Shown here one piece after another: positions 42,870 through 55,752 of a stretch of DNA of 64,000 nucleotides (position 1 is the first letter of the stretch; each line of letters begins with the position of its first letter). The DNA is taken from assembly GCA_043228905.1 (NCBI GenBank), contig JBHGNT010000010.1, forward strand, positions 21,080,001 through 21,144,000. The letters are read 5' to 3'. The notes under the pieces were generated by a model, which was not told where the DNA came from, ran no database searches, and was given only the letters and a program-made list of their open reading frames with translations. Made by a program: the position numbers and the translations under genes. The DNA comes from Azolla caroliniana. Lineage: Eukaryota > Plantae > Polypodiophyta.

Positions 42870-43560
42870 ACGGTTGTCCGGACTACCGTGGCCCCACGCC
42901 TTGATAGTCCTCTTCAAAAATCCTCTTGGTTATCGTTGCTGAGAGTGTCGCGATTCTGCTCGTGGTTGGGCGGAATCGTAAAAAATTGGACAGAATGCCG
43001 ATCGTCCTGGCTCTTCACTTGAGCGTATGCTAAACTGTTGTCCAACACTTTGGTCTCCATACGAGCCGCCGTAATGTAAGGTTCGCCGAGAATCACCAAA
43101 TGGGAAGATGTCTCTTGCACGAAGAAGTGTTAGTTGATCTCAACATCCCCGACCTTTACTCGGACATTTGGGCACGCCCCGTGTAGCTCCTCTGTGGCTC
43201 GGGTCGCTGTGCGTATATTCCACCCGTGCTTGGTGTTGATCGGCCACCGACCTTTCTTGTAGAAGTCCATTGACATTAGATTGATTTCTGATCTGTGGTC
43301 GATCAGTGCCACCACCGTTCCTTCACATCCCCGATCCAGACCGTGGTTTCTGTCATCACTCTGGCCCAGTGTGGGTTCATGTAGTTGTTCTCCAGAAACT
43401 CCTCTTCCATCGCCACCTCTTCAATGTGGGCTACCCTCACCACGACCGACTTCTCCGGCTCTGGCTCCGTCGAGAGCCGCTTCCTTTTTATGAGGTCGAT
43501 GATGGAGTCATGGAACTCCTTCGTCGAGATCCTAAGCACTTCCCTTAACGAGAGTTCCAC
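42870..43560 (-). mobile_element. Ty3/gypsy fragment A (gag C-terminus, aspartic protease, frameshift site)
   Basis: ALIDHRSEINLMS protease motif; homologous to 49720-50065 plus 55400-55730; ORF ends EDF* at GGATTTT. Confidence 0.85.
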
Positions 43561-43564
43561 CCAG

Positions 43565-46302
43565 CTGGATGTACAAGACAAAAATTACAACACTCTAATT
43601 ATGAGTGTATCAACCACACAGGGTTCTTGGCGTCTGCCGTTACACACACAACTATGGCGTCGCTCTCTCTCTTTCTCTTTTCTACACTTTCTCTCTCGTA
43701 TCTCTTACGTTGTCATCACCACTTCACTATGTTTGCCCTAGATGTGTTTATACCGATACATCGTATGGACTATTTACAATTGTAGCCACTGCTACATATC
43801 ATTACTATTATTATTACTATAACAATAATAATAATCTGTTTAAACAATCGACTCTCTGTTGTCGACTATTTCCGAACAGTCGGTTCCTTCGACTCTTCGA
43901 CTGTCGGCTACTTTCGAACAGTCGGTTCCTCCCATTGGAGGGACATATCCCCAAGAAACTCCCCCTTTACTCTTGTAGGAGGGAGTTAGTCAATCCTATC
44001 TTCTGTCGACAGACTCTAAGACTTCTGTCCATAGGTAGGTTCTTCGTGAGCATGTCGGATCCATTGTTATCCGTGTGGATCTTCACAAGTGTAAACTCTC
44101 CTTCTTCGACTTTCTCCCGCAACCAATGATACCTTCTCTATATGTGCTTGGTTCGGGAGTGATATGCAGCATTCTTGGCAAGATGTATGGCACTCTGGCT
44201 GTCATAGTGAAGCAAGAACTCCCTCTACTTCATCCCTAGCTCGTTGAGAAAATTTCGCATCCAGATCAGCTCTTTGCCGACCTCTGCCGCTGCCATATAC
44301 TTCTGCAGTCGTGATTGCCACGACACTGCTCCCCCTCCATAGGTCATCATTTACCCCGATGTGGTTCGGCTTGAGTCTACATCTCCCGACATGTCCGAGT
44401 CAGTAAAACCTTCCAGCACAAGTTTTCCGACACCATACCCTAGGCACACCCATGAAGTGCCTTTTAAGTACATGAGTATCCACTTCACCGTTGCCCAGTG
44501 TTCTCTTTCTAGATTACTCATATATCAGCTTACTGCTCCCACAACAAATGCTATGTCTGGTCTCGTACAGACCATAGCATACATTAGATTGCCGACGGTC
44601 GAGGCATATGGTACCTTCCTTATCTCGGCCTTCTCCTTCTCCCGTTTCGGGCCTGCTTCGCATTCAACCTGCAGTTTGTCGGCAACACTGAGTTGACTGG
44701 CTTTGCGTCCGACATGTTGAACCTTTCTAGGATCTTCGTCACATATTTTTGTTGTGACAACCATAGCACCTTTTGAGTTCTGTCTCGAACTATGTGCATT
44801 CCTAAGATCTGTTTAACCGGTCCAAGGTCTTTCATGGCAAACGACCTACCTAGAGCTTTCTTCAAGCTTTTGATCGTCCTTGTGTCTTGACCGACTATCA
44901 ACATGTCATCAACATATAACAAGAGAATCAAGAAGTCTCCTTCTTCGTACCTTTTGACGAACACACAGTGATCGGCCTGTGTTTTTTGGAACCGGTGTTA
45001 CATCATGAAGGACTCGAACTTCTTGTACCATTGGCGTGGAGCTTGTTTTAGACCGTACAAGATTTTCTTCAGTCGACACACCAGGTTCTCTTTCCCTTTC
45101 TCCTCAAAGCCTTCAGGTTGCTGCATGTAGGTTTCTTCTTCTAGCTCCCCGTGTAAGAATGCGGTTTTGACATCCAACTGTTCGATCTCCAGGTCCATAT
45201 TGGTGCAAATATTTCGTCGAAGTCGACACCCTTTTTCTGTTGAAAACCCTTCACCACTATGCGGGCTTTATACCTGGGCTCATTGTCGGCTTCTCCAGTC
45301 TTCACCTTGTAGACCCACTTATTCCTGAATGCTCTCTTACCTTTTGGCATCTACCAGGTCGTAGGTGTAATTCTCGTGCAAGGATTCCATCTCATCTTGC
45401 ATCGCGCTCAACCATTTCTCTCTATGCTCGTCGGCAATGGCTTCTTCATAGCACTCCGGTTCACCTTCATTAGTTAAGAGGATGTATTGACTGGCATATG
45501 TTGTCGGTGCTTTCCTTTCTCTGAGTGGGTATCTCCGTCCACTCGTTGTTGGCTCTCTTTCGGATGTCTCTGCTAACTCTTCTCTCCGCTCAGATTCTTG
45601 CACCTCAATCAACATCTCTAGGTTGGATGACCCAACTCATACTCTTCAATTGACCTTAGCAGCTCTGCCAACTCTGACTCATAATCGGTCGGTCTCTCTG
45701 AATCAACCGACTCAGATTCGGCTGTGCCGACTGGCCGTCTCCAACAGCTGACGTTGTCGGTTCACTTGACCTTAGATTGACGGTAGTCGGGGTTGATTGG
45801 GATGTTGTATCCAACTTCTGTTGCTTCCCGTCTTCAATAGTCTTATCTTCAAGAAAGACTACGTCTTGACTTCTCACTACCTTATTGTCGACTAGGTTCC
45901 ATAGCCTATAGCCGAGCTCATCTTCCAAGTATCCCATGAATATGGATGCTTTCGACTTATTGTCGAGCTTTGACCTCTGATCCTTCGGTACATGCATGTA
46001 CCCCAAACATCTGAACATCCTTAGGTGTTGGTAGGAGACATCCTTCCCTGTCCACACTCTCTGTGGGACATCGCCCTTTAATGGTACTGAGGGAGACCTG
46101 TTGATTAGATAAACAGTTGTGTACATCGCCTCAGCCCAATAGGATTTCGGCAGTTTCACATGAGAGAGCATGCTCCTTACTCTCTCCATGATTGTTCGAT
46201 TCATCCTCTCTACAAGCCTGTTCAACTTTGGGGTCTTTCGCACTGTGTATTCGATTTGAATACCTTGGCACTTGCAGTATTCCTCGAATTACCCTCTATA
46301 CT
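43565..46302 (-). mobile_element. Ty1/copia element B (3' LTR ~43565-43956, PPT, RNase H, RT, integrase C-terminus)
   Basis: [62 protein letters not shown]; PPT CTCCCCCTT 43959-43967; interrupted at 46303 by element C. Confidence 0.9.
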
Positions 46303-46856
46303 TGTAAAAACAAATAGTGTGTGGAAGAAATAGGAAAAACAGAAAACAGAGAACAAGTTTAATGGAGAGCTTAATAGTACGCTAGAGAGACAGAGAGAGC
46401 AAAACAGGAATTGCTATTCAAAATTATATCAACACTCTATACATCGTATGTGTTCAGCGAACACTTTTATACAAGTCCATACGAATTGACAGAAGTACGG
46501 TGTACTTCAATGCTCACTCGAGCGTCTGACACTAACTACGAGAGTAATAACTCCCTAGTAGTCTAGCTGCTACTAGGCTTCCGGTTACTGATGGATCTGG
46601 CTAACCGGCTCCCCAGCTCACCAGCTCTTTTGCTCACCGGGTGCTCACCGGGTCACCGATCCGTCTCGCTCACCGACTTAGGCTTATTCAGCCGATCCAG
46701 CTCCAATTGAGCTTGTTGCTCAACACTCCCCCTCAAGCTCAACTTAAGGTCCGGTCGTAGTGTCAACGTCTGTGGCAACCGGTCCTTCTGCTCGGCTCCT
46801 TTTGGCATCACTACGCCTTGCTCGCGCTCCTCGTCCGGTCCGGTTCTGTTTGCTGC
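46303..46856 (-). mobile_element. Copia-type element C: 3' LTR (46303-46725), PPT and 3' non-coding region
   Basis: TGTAAA...CTCAACA followed by CTCCCCCTCAAG (reverse complement of PPT CTTGAGGGGGAG); inserted in the integrase of B. Confidence 0.75.
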
Positions 46857-48488
46857 TGTCGTGAAGAAAACCGGCCAGAAGCGGAATCAACGAAGCAGGG
46901 TGCATGAACCGGCCCTACACTTTTCCACACTAATTACTACCTTGTACATAACTAGGAGTAGGACTGTGGGTGTAAATAGACTAGATGTGACGCATTGAAT
47001 GTCTAGGAAATCGAGGAGTATCTCTGCCCGAAAGGATAGAGAATAAATTGATAAAAACGAGGGTGCAATGGCCTGCCTCGACGACCTATAAAAGGGAGGG
47101 AAGAAGTAAGATGAAGGGATCGTGTTTTGGGGAGTGAGGACGAAATGCTGTCGGACTGGGACCGAGCTCCCTCCTACATCGTTCGCTGGATTTCGGACTG
47201 AGTTGTCTGCTTCGTGGAAAGCCCGTGTGCTTCCTGTAGAGGCTCCACAATGCAGTGGGGGCTGTGTGAGTGCGTGAGCATTGTGTGTGTGTGTGTGTTC
47301 GCATGAGTTGGGCCCATTACCGGCTTGCCAGTTGTAATCGCTATTGATTTGTAATTAAGTCTTTGCTCTCTCTCTCTCTCTCCCTCTTCTTCCCTCTGTG
47401 TTCCTGCAAGCTGCGTGCGCTCTCTCCCTCTCTTCTTTCTCACTCTCCTTGGTTCAAGGACCCCACGGTCCAGCCTCTTTCCACACGCGAAGAGCGTAAT
47501 AACTCGACATATTTGGTGAACCCAACGTGAAAAAGGCGGCAAAGGAGTGAAGGATGAGGGGATCTGAGCTTGCTGAAGCTATGGCCGTAGCTGTCGACCG
47601 GCTAGTGAGCGCTCGCGAGGGAACGAGTGCCCTCGACAGGGCCATTGAGTCGATCGTCGGCACCATAGGTCGATTTGTTGGGAAGAATGCCACGAGCTAC
47701 TTGGAGGCCTACCGGGCCGAAATGATCATGAGGGATATCTCGATGGACAGGTGGCTGTCCGGATTCCCTCGGGTGGTGACGCCGAGCATCCACGTAGAGG
47801 TGCTCGAGGTGCTAGCCGGATGCCAGACTTGGGAGGAGTTCGAGCTGCGGCTACTCGAGATGTATGGGTTCGATGACTCGCTTCGGTTGTCGAAGCGAGA
47901 CTTCATGGCGTGGGTTGAGAGCCCTGGGAAGGGGAGGAACATGTCGGCGCTCCTCCAGGAGTTTGAAAAACGGTTCGCACGGCTGTCAACGCTGGACCGG
48001 ACCGTTCTCGACACAAGCTGGGTACTACTATTCGTCAAGTCAGTGGACGCCATGGACCGGGAGAAGGTGGGTCTCTTGTTGGAAATGGATGAAGGGCTCA
48101 TTGCAAACTGGGCCATGGTAAGGAGGGTTTGCGGTCATTTCGACAAGCGGCATGAGTGGAGCGATGTGGGCTTGACGGCGGCAAGGCCGGTTCCGGTGAG
48201 GGAGCTCGAGGAGCCGGTGTCGGTACCGGCTAGGAAGGAAGAAACTCGGAGTTGGCTTGAGGCGGGCTCAACCCCGAGCGGAGTGGTCAAAGGTTCCTTC
48301 GGGGGCGCGGCTCTAAAAGAGCTGTCGCAGATGGTGCGAGATCTACAAATCGCACAGACCCGCAGAGACAGCGGCGAACAGTTCCATGACCGAAGGCCGC
48401 TGGCGGGGCAGCGGTGCATGTGGTGCGACGCGGTCGGCCACATCCGGAAAGAATGCGCGGATTCCGCCGAGGCACTCAGGACCAACGT

Positions 48489-49170
48489 TGTCGCGTTGCT
48501 ACGCGCGTGCGTGGAGAAGGGAGGGACCACGGGGGTCTTGGACTAAGGAGTAGAGGAGAAGGAGTCAGACATGGAATGGAAGCTTGGCTCAAGAAGAAGA
48601 AGAATGAACAAGAGATTAGATCGAACAAGAGGAAGATGGAGACAAGATTATCAACAAGATATATTAAAACGAAATGAACGATTACAAAATGGTGGCCGCA
48701 TAGGCCGCACCAAACGACTACTCGGAACCCTAACCGACGAAGATGAAGATAAAGATGAAGAAACCCTAACCCTAACCCTAATGCTCGACCTATGTGGTAT
48801 ACCTCGCACACTCAAAATAGGCAACCCCCACAATGGTGCCTTCCCTCTCCTTTTATAGCACAAGGAGGGAAGACCGTTTACAAAAGCGAGACTAAAATAT
48901 CCCCCCTTCATTCAAAGGGGATATTTGCCTTGATTTGGGGAGGGTGAGATCGATGGCCCCCTTAACTCCCACCTCCTCACAAACAACTAGGTACCTATGT
49001 ACCACATAGTACCTCTCTCTCTCTCTCTCGCGTGTTTGTGCGTACAAGACCACATCACCTTTATACCTTTATTACTATTACAAATACATTATGTACGTGT
49101 GCAACGTTGCACATTGCTCTTTGGCCCTCGTTGCTCGGGTTTCCGCTTGTGGACGAAAATCTTCACGACA
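48489..49170 (-). mobile_element. Solo LTR E (gypsy family), inverted, in gag of D
   Basis: TGTCGCGTTG...CTTCACGACA termini; 4-bp TSD ACGT; removal restores LRTNVVYLWN. Confidence 0.92.
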
Positions 49171-50065
49171 ACGTGGTGTACCTCTGGAACAGGCGGGTGC
49201 ACGCAAGCGAGACCCGGAAAGCCCTAGAGTTGAATACGGGGCGCGGCGGAATGAAGCGGTTGATGGAAGAGGCCACGACACGACATGCAGAGGCCGTTAA
49301 CTACTCGGCGTCGGCGGGAGTCCGGGTTGGGGGTGATGAGGCCCGGAAAGTGAAGGATTCCGGATTCTGGCCGCTGGTGCTAGAGGGTCTCTCCGGAGTA
49401 TGGCTGAAGAAGGAAGAGGCAGACCGTGCGGAACGATGGATCCGGGAGGTCACCGGATGGGACGACCCGGTGGAAGAAAAGACTGGCTTCGTGACAGCCG
49501 CATGCCAGAACTACGAGGTTCTGGTAGAAGACAAGTGCGCAGGAAAGGCCGGAGGGGGCGACCCCTCGCAGCGGTATGAGACCTGGTTCGGACCGAAGCC
49601 GAATGAGGCCGCCAACGCCGACGCACCGGAGAAGAAGAAGCAGGCCGCTTTCCGGCCGAGCACCGAAATCGAACGAGCAATGAACCTGCGGAAGGTCCTG
49701 GAAGAGAGAATTCTCGACGAGTTGTCGTTACGGGAGGTGCTGGAAATCGCCAAGAAGGAGTTGCACGACTCCATCGTGGACTTGATGAAACGGAAGAGTC
49801 TCTCGACGGAGCCAGAACCGGAGAGGCTAGTGGAAGTGCGGACGACACCCTTAGAAGACACGGCCCTACAGGATGAGTTGGCGGAAAGCCACTACGCGAA
49901 GCCGCATTGGGCTAGGGCCACTACGGAACCCATGTTCGGATCGGCGACGTCCAGGAGCCGGTGGTGGCATTGGTAGACCACGGTTTGGAGATCAACCTGA
50001 TGTCCATGGACTTCTATAGAAAGGGGAAATGGCTGATCAACACCAAGCACGGGTGGAAGATACGC

Positions 50066-53000
50066 TGTCGTGAAGAATTTCGGCCAGAGGCGGAAACCGG
50101 GAAACATTGGCTACATCGGCGGGGTGCAGCGTGTGTACGCACCCATGTACATTTAGTGTGAATAACGAGGGCGCCTTTATGGCGCCGAAGAGTAGTCAAG
50201 TCGGGACAAACGATCCCATGTAAGTCGGGATTTATCCCACATTGTAATGCATCCCTCTCCTTGTTCTATAAAAGGAAGGGTGCACCCTTTGTGAAACGGT
50301 TGCCCATTTTTGCGTTAGAGGGTATACCGTTAGATTTAGGGTTAGTTACTCTTCTTCTTCTTCTTCTTCTTCTTCTCCCCCCCCCTTCGTGTTCGCTTAG
50401 GTTTTGCTTCAGCTCGTCTCCTGCGCAAGACCCCGCTCGGCGCGACAAGCCCGTGAGCTCCCCGACCGGCGGCTTGACAACTAACGACTACTGTAACCTA
50501 CCTTGGTCCGGCTCGAAGCCGGGATGTATTCTTCCTCTTATATATATACATTTGCGTCTGTCTGTGTATATTCGCGTCTCTGTTGGTGTCGGGTGCTTCC
50601 CCTTTCCTGCGTTTCCTGTACATAAGGACGTGAGTCGGGTCAGCCTGTGTGTGTGTCTGCGAGTCGGTGTTAAGCGCGCATCCCCTCTCTTTCTCTCTCT
50701 CTCTTCGGTTGCCTCCGGTGTGCTTCTGGGATGCCCCGGAAACGGTGAAGTACGACTTCCTACGCTCCGTCACTCTCTAGTCCAAGACCCCCGTGGTCCC
50801 GCCTTTCTCCACGCACGTGCGTAACAACGCGACATATTTGGTGAACCCGACGTGAAAGGCGGCAAGAGAGGATGGAGTCGGAAGACGACAACCTCGCGGT
50901 GATGGTGGCGGAAGTGGTGTTGGAGTCGGCATGAGTGGTGATGAGGCGAGAAGCAACGCAACAAGCGGTCGAGCGAGTGGTCGAAAGAGTCGGCCGTTTC
51001 AACGGGGACAAAGTCCCATCTTACTTGGAAGCCTACAATGCGGAAATGGAGGAGCGTGGCGTAGACGAGTCGTTGAGGTTGGAGTTCTTTTGTCGGGTCG
51101 TAGCTGTCCGGATGCGTGCGGAAGTAAAGGAGCTCTGTGAGGCTCATAGTTCGTGGGAGGCCTTCGAAGATGCGCTCCTGAAGGCGTACGGAGGACGGCG
51201 GAAGTGCCGAGGGCGACACGACTTTGACCAGTGGGTAGCATCGGCAAAGACCCACCGGGGCGCGACCAAGGCGTTCCGAGAGTTCGAGCGACGGCTTGCT
51301 CGGCTCCCGGAGCGGGAACAAGGTTTGGTGGGGGCGGACAAGGTCCTATTGTTCTTCAGGTCGATCGACCGAGCGGAACGGGAGGCCATCGGGATTGAGC
51401 TTGAAGACGATGATGGAGCGAATGGGCTTACGGAGGACTGGTCGAAGGTCGGAAGGGTGTGCCAACGGCTAGACAATGAGCGAGCCGAGAAGGCTAAGAG
51501 GAAGGTACGCGACGACGTGCCATCACAGCGGGAAGAGGCCGAACGGCAAAGAGAGTCGGCAAGGGTCGGCGTTGGGGCCAAGATTGCGAAGGCGTACGCA
51601 ACTCTCAAGGCAATGCTCGAGGAAGAGGAAAGACCAAGGCCGCAAGCCGAGACTGAGGAGACGGACTTGCCCCACGCGACGGCGGAAGATCGGTGCGACG
51701 GTACCACGGGAGAGGGTGCAGAACAAAACGACCTCTCGACTTGCAGAGATAGAACGGCCGAGGACGAGGCCGAGATACAGATCGCGGAACCGGATAGTTG
51801 GGACCAGCGGTTCCGGGCGTGTCAGCCCGGAACCCCGGAAATCGGAGAAGCAAGCCCAGGCGGGGCTTGCGCGATCGGTAAGAAGACGACTGCCGACAAT
51901 GAAGAGTCGGTGGTTACGGACAAGGGCGTAAAACGGACGGGCGATTCTTTGTGTCTTCCCACACTTGCTCCCGAGATGATGGCAGTTGGGCCCGAGTGCC
52001 CACGTGAGTCCCAAGCGGAGGAAGGCGGTGGTGAAAGACCGTGAATCACCGGCGAGACGATACGGGGAAGGAATGGACGAAAGCCCTCGGACCCGATTCC
52101 GGAGAACTCGGCATTCGGGCCCGTATGCGCATGCAAGACCGAGGAGATGGATGGCGGTACCGAGGAGTCCTGGCATGATGCCAGCGAAGATGGATGGGAA
52201 ACGGCCTGTGAGGAGGCCGAGGATGGACGCGGCACGAGGAGATCGGCATTCCGATGCGGATGGAGCAGAATCTGGTCGTGGATCGTTCGATCGGGGCCGG
52301 ATTCGGCATGAAAGTGTCGATACGGAAGAGGGTGCGGGATGAGCCGCCCTCTTTTACATGGGGAGAAAGACCGACTAGGCGAAGGTCGGGAATTGGAAAG
52401 GAAGGTGATCAAAGGTTCGGAATGAGTCTGGCAAGATCGGCATCGGAGCCGAAACTCTGGACATTGGAGAATCAAGCTCAGGCGGGGCTTGATTGATCAC
52501 AGAGCGGATGCTATCCACCGACACCACTAAAAGGGGCGGTGGCCCGGACGAGTTGCAGAAAGACGTTGCGAAATCGGTTACGCCACATCTTATCCGGAGA
52601 TTTCGGTTGTTCGGCCGACGGGGCAACGTCAGACCGAAAGAGATGGGAGATGGAGGCGAGAACACGAAGAGGAGAACGGGACCCGGCAATCCGGAGAAGA
52701 ACGAACGGACCCGGACGAGAACCGGGCGGAACGGACTCCCGGATGACCATTCCGGGAGGGAGGGAGAAAGCAGGCCTACGAAGAGACCGAGGAGACGGTA
52801 CGTCGGTACCACGGGAGAGGGTGCGCAGTAAACCGCCCTCTCGGCATGCGGAAAAGGACGACCCGGGACAAGGTCAAGAAGACAAATCGGAGGCCCAAGG
52901 AGGATCCTTCACACCGGTTCTAGAAACTTCGGCAGTCGGCAACGCGGTCGACGTAAGACCAAGATAATGACGGTGGCGGCGAGGTGACGAAGGCAAAAGG

Positions 53001-55395
53001 GCTACGGATGGGCGGTCTACGGAGATCCTCACACCGATTCGGCGGTCGGCCCGAGAGCCAGCGTGAGTCCTATAGGGAAGATCGGTGGCAGCAGGAGAAC
53101 GTGATCGGACGACATGAGGCGACGGACGACAAGGAGGTATCAGGCCGGCGAGGCGGCCACGAACCAAATCGGACCTTCCGGCAAGGTCAGTGGGCGTAAG
53201 GAAGTCCGGTCCTACGGGATCCCCACACTTAACCAGAGACTTTGGCAGTTCGGCCAACGTGGCAACATGAGACCGAGAGAGAAGGTTGGTGGCGGCGAGA
53301 AACGGGACCCGACTACGCGGAAGACATGAGGAGAGTCGTGAAGGACTCCGACAAAAGACACCAAGATCTCGGCAAGCGACGAAACAAAGACAGGTCCTAT
53401 GGGACCCTCACACCGATCCGGAGACTTCGGCAGTTCAGCCAACGCGGCCACGTGAGACCTAGGGAGAAGGACGGTGGCGGCAGGGAACGGGACCCGACGA
53501 CACGAGGTTTCAGAAGGAGCCGGTAGGGCAAATACGAGGAGGTGTGTCAGGCCGGAAAGGCACACCTGGGACGGAACAAGAGTCTCGCAAGTGGCCATCA
53601 CGGGCCAGATCGAAGCGTGACTACGGGACAGTGTTCGCCACGGGCGGTGCCGAACAAAGGAAGCGGAAGACGGCACAAGGGAGGTGCCGGGAACGAGGTG
53701 ACAAGTAACTAGTGGATTGCACAAGGTCGGAGTCAGGGGATGGCAAGAGAGGCCGGAGGAGGATCCTCCACACTCGCTTCGTAGATCTCGGTAGCTCCGT
53801 CGAAGTAGCGAAGACTGACACGGCAAGCCGGGGTGACAAGCTGGTGGGGCGAGGGGACGACGGCAAGCGGAAGACTCGGGACCTGTTGCAACAACACGAA
53901 GACGGGACGGGCCAAGCAGGCTACTATGGGGTGTTCCTCGGATGCGGAGGACACTGGTATGCGGGTGAGCGGCGATGCGCGATCCGGCTGGGAAAGGGGC
54001 CGACAAGGCATGCAATGAACCGGAGTACGGCACAGGCAGTGCCAAACAACGGACAAGGGTATGTAGCACCCGGAGGTGCCGGAGCGGAATGGCGAGCGTG
54101 GAGATAGGTTGCGCGGTTCGGAGGTAGCGCGTAGAAGGCTAGAAAGCATCCTCCACACCGTTCCGAAGACCATGGCGGTTCGAGCCAACGCGGCGATGTA
54201 AAGAGCATGGGGAAGGAAGGTGGCGGCAAGAGGACGAAGGCAACGCGAAGCAGCATGGGACGGCAATCAGGACAACACGAATGATCAACGGAGGCCAAGC
54301 GGGCCACTACGGGCTTTCCTCAAGCAGAGGACATCGAGCATACGGCTGGGAGTGGGCGTTCATACGGTTGAACAAGGGCCAGCGGAAGTACGCGTACCAC
54401 GGAGATCGCGGCAGAGGACCCATCGACGGGTCGAACGAGCCTATGGGGAGGTAAGCGCGAAGGAAGAATCGAAGCCGACGGATCAAACCGGCAACGAGTC
54501 GGGATGCGGATCACGGAAGACCGGTTTCTCACCGGCTGAAATCTCTCACCCTTCACCGGATTTGGCACGTACCGGTGGACATGTTGTTAGGTGGGGGCGG
54601 ATGTCGTGAAGAATTTCGGCCAGAGGCGGAAACCGGGAAACATTGGCTACATCGGCAGGGTGCAGCGTGTGTACGCACCCATGTACATTTAGTGTGAATA
54701 ACGAGGGCGCCTTTATGGCGCCGAAGAGTAGTCAAGTCGGGACAGACAATCCCATGTAAGTCGGGATTTATCCCACATTGTAACGCATCCCTCTCCTTGT
54801 TCTATAAAAGGAAGGGTGCGCCCTTTGTGAAACGGTTGCCCTTTTTTGCGTTAGAGGGTATACCGTTAGATTTAGGGTTAGTTACTCTTCTTCTTCTTCT
54901 TCTTCTTCTTCTTCTCCCCCCCCCCCTTCGTGTTCGCTTAGGTTTTGCTTCAGTTCATCTCCTGCGCAAGACCCCGCTCGGCGCGACAAGCCCGTGAGCT
55001 CCCCGACCGGCGGCTTGGCAGCTGACGACTACTGTAACCTACCTTGGTCTGGCTCGAAGCCGGGATGTATTCTTCCTCTTATATATATACATTTGCGTCT
55101 GTCTGTGTATATTCGCGTCTCTGTTGGTGTCGGGTGCTTCCCCTTTCCTGCGTTTCCTGTACATAAGGACGTGAACCGGGTCAGCCTGTGTGTGTGTGTG
55201 TGCGTGTGTGTGTGTATGCGAGTCGGTGTTAAGCGTGCGTCCCCTCTCTTTCTCTCTCTCTCTCTTCGGTTTCCTCCGGTGTGCTTCTGGGATGCCTCGG
55301 AAACGGTGAAGTATGACTTCCTACGCTCCGTCACTCTCTAGTCCAAGACCCCCGTGGTCCCGCATTTCTCCACGCACGTGCGTAACAACACGACA
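50066..55395 (+). mobile_element. Non-autonomous gag-only LTR retrotransposon F (LTRs 50066-50834 and 54602-55395)
   Basis: Two near-identical LTRs; PBS TGGTGAACCCGACGTG (50839-50854); PPT AGGTGGGGCGGA (54589-54601); TSD ACGC/ACAC; gag homologous to D (GRFNGDKVPSYLEAY). No protease, RT, RNase H or integrase motifs seen. Confidence 0.92.
50872..52044 (+). pseudogene. Gag-like ORF of element F (one in-frame TGA at 50932, probably from CGA)
   Basis: ATG 50872; aligns by eye with gag of D; acidic low-complexity extension; no CCHC knuckle seen. Confidence 0.75.
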
Positions 55396-55686
55396 ACACG
55401 TGGCGACGCGCACTACAGAGGAGTTGCATGGTGTGTGCCCGAACGTACGCGTGAAGATCGGCGACGTCGAGATAGATCAACATTTCTTCGTGCAGGAAAC
55501 TTCCTCGCACTCGGTAATTCTCGGCGAACCGTACATTACGGTAGCGCGCATGGAGACGAAAGTACTGGACAATGGTTCGGCGTATGCGCACATCAAGAGC
55601 CAAGACGTTCGGCATTCCGTCCAATTCATGACAGTGCGACCCAACCACGAGCGAAACCGCGAGACCCTCGGCGACGACAGCTGATG

Positions 55687-55752
55687 GGATTTTTAGAGAG
55701 GGCTATCAAGGCGTGGGGCCGTGATAGTCCGGACACCTCGGAAGAACCGCAC
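55687..55752 (+). promoter_or_regulatory. Programmed -1 ribosomal frameshift signal (G_GAU_UUU plus stem-loop/pseudoknot)
   Basis: The protease frame reads GAT TTT TAG here, while the -1 frame (GFLERAIKAWGRDSPD...) runs into RT. Stem GGGCTATC/GATAGTCC. Conserved in three copies (42870-42925, 55687, 61435-61500). Confidence 0.78.

Noticed and set aside
51955-54235. CRISPR array
   Set aside because: Repeats are long and degenerate, spacers are highly variable, there are no cas genes, and the context is a eukaryotic retroelement.
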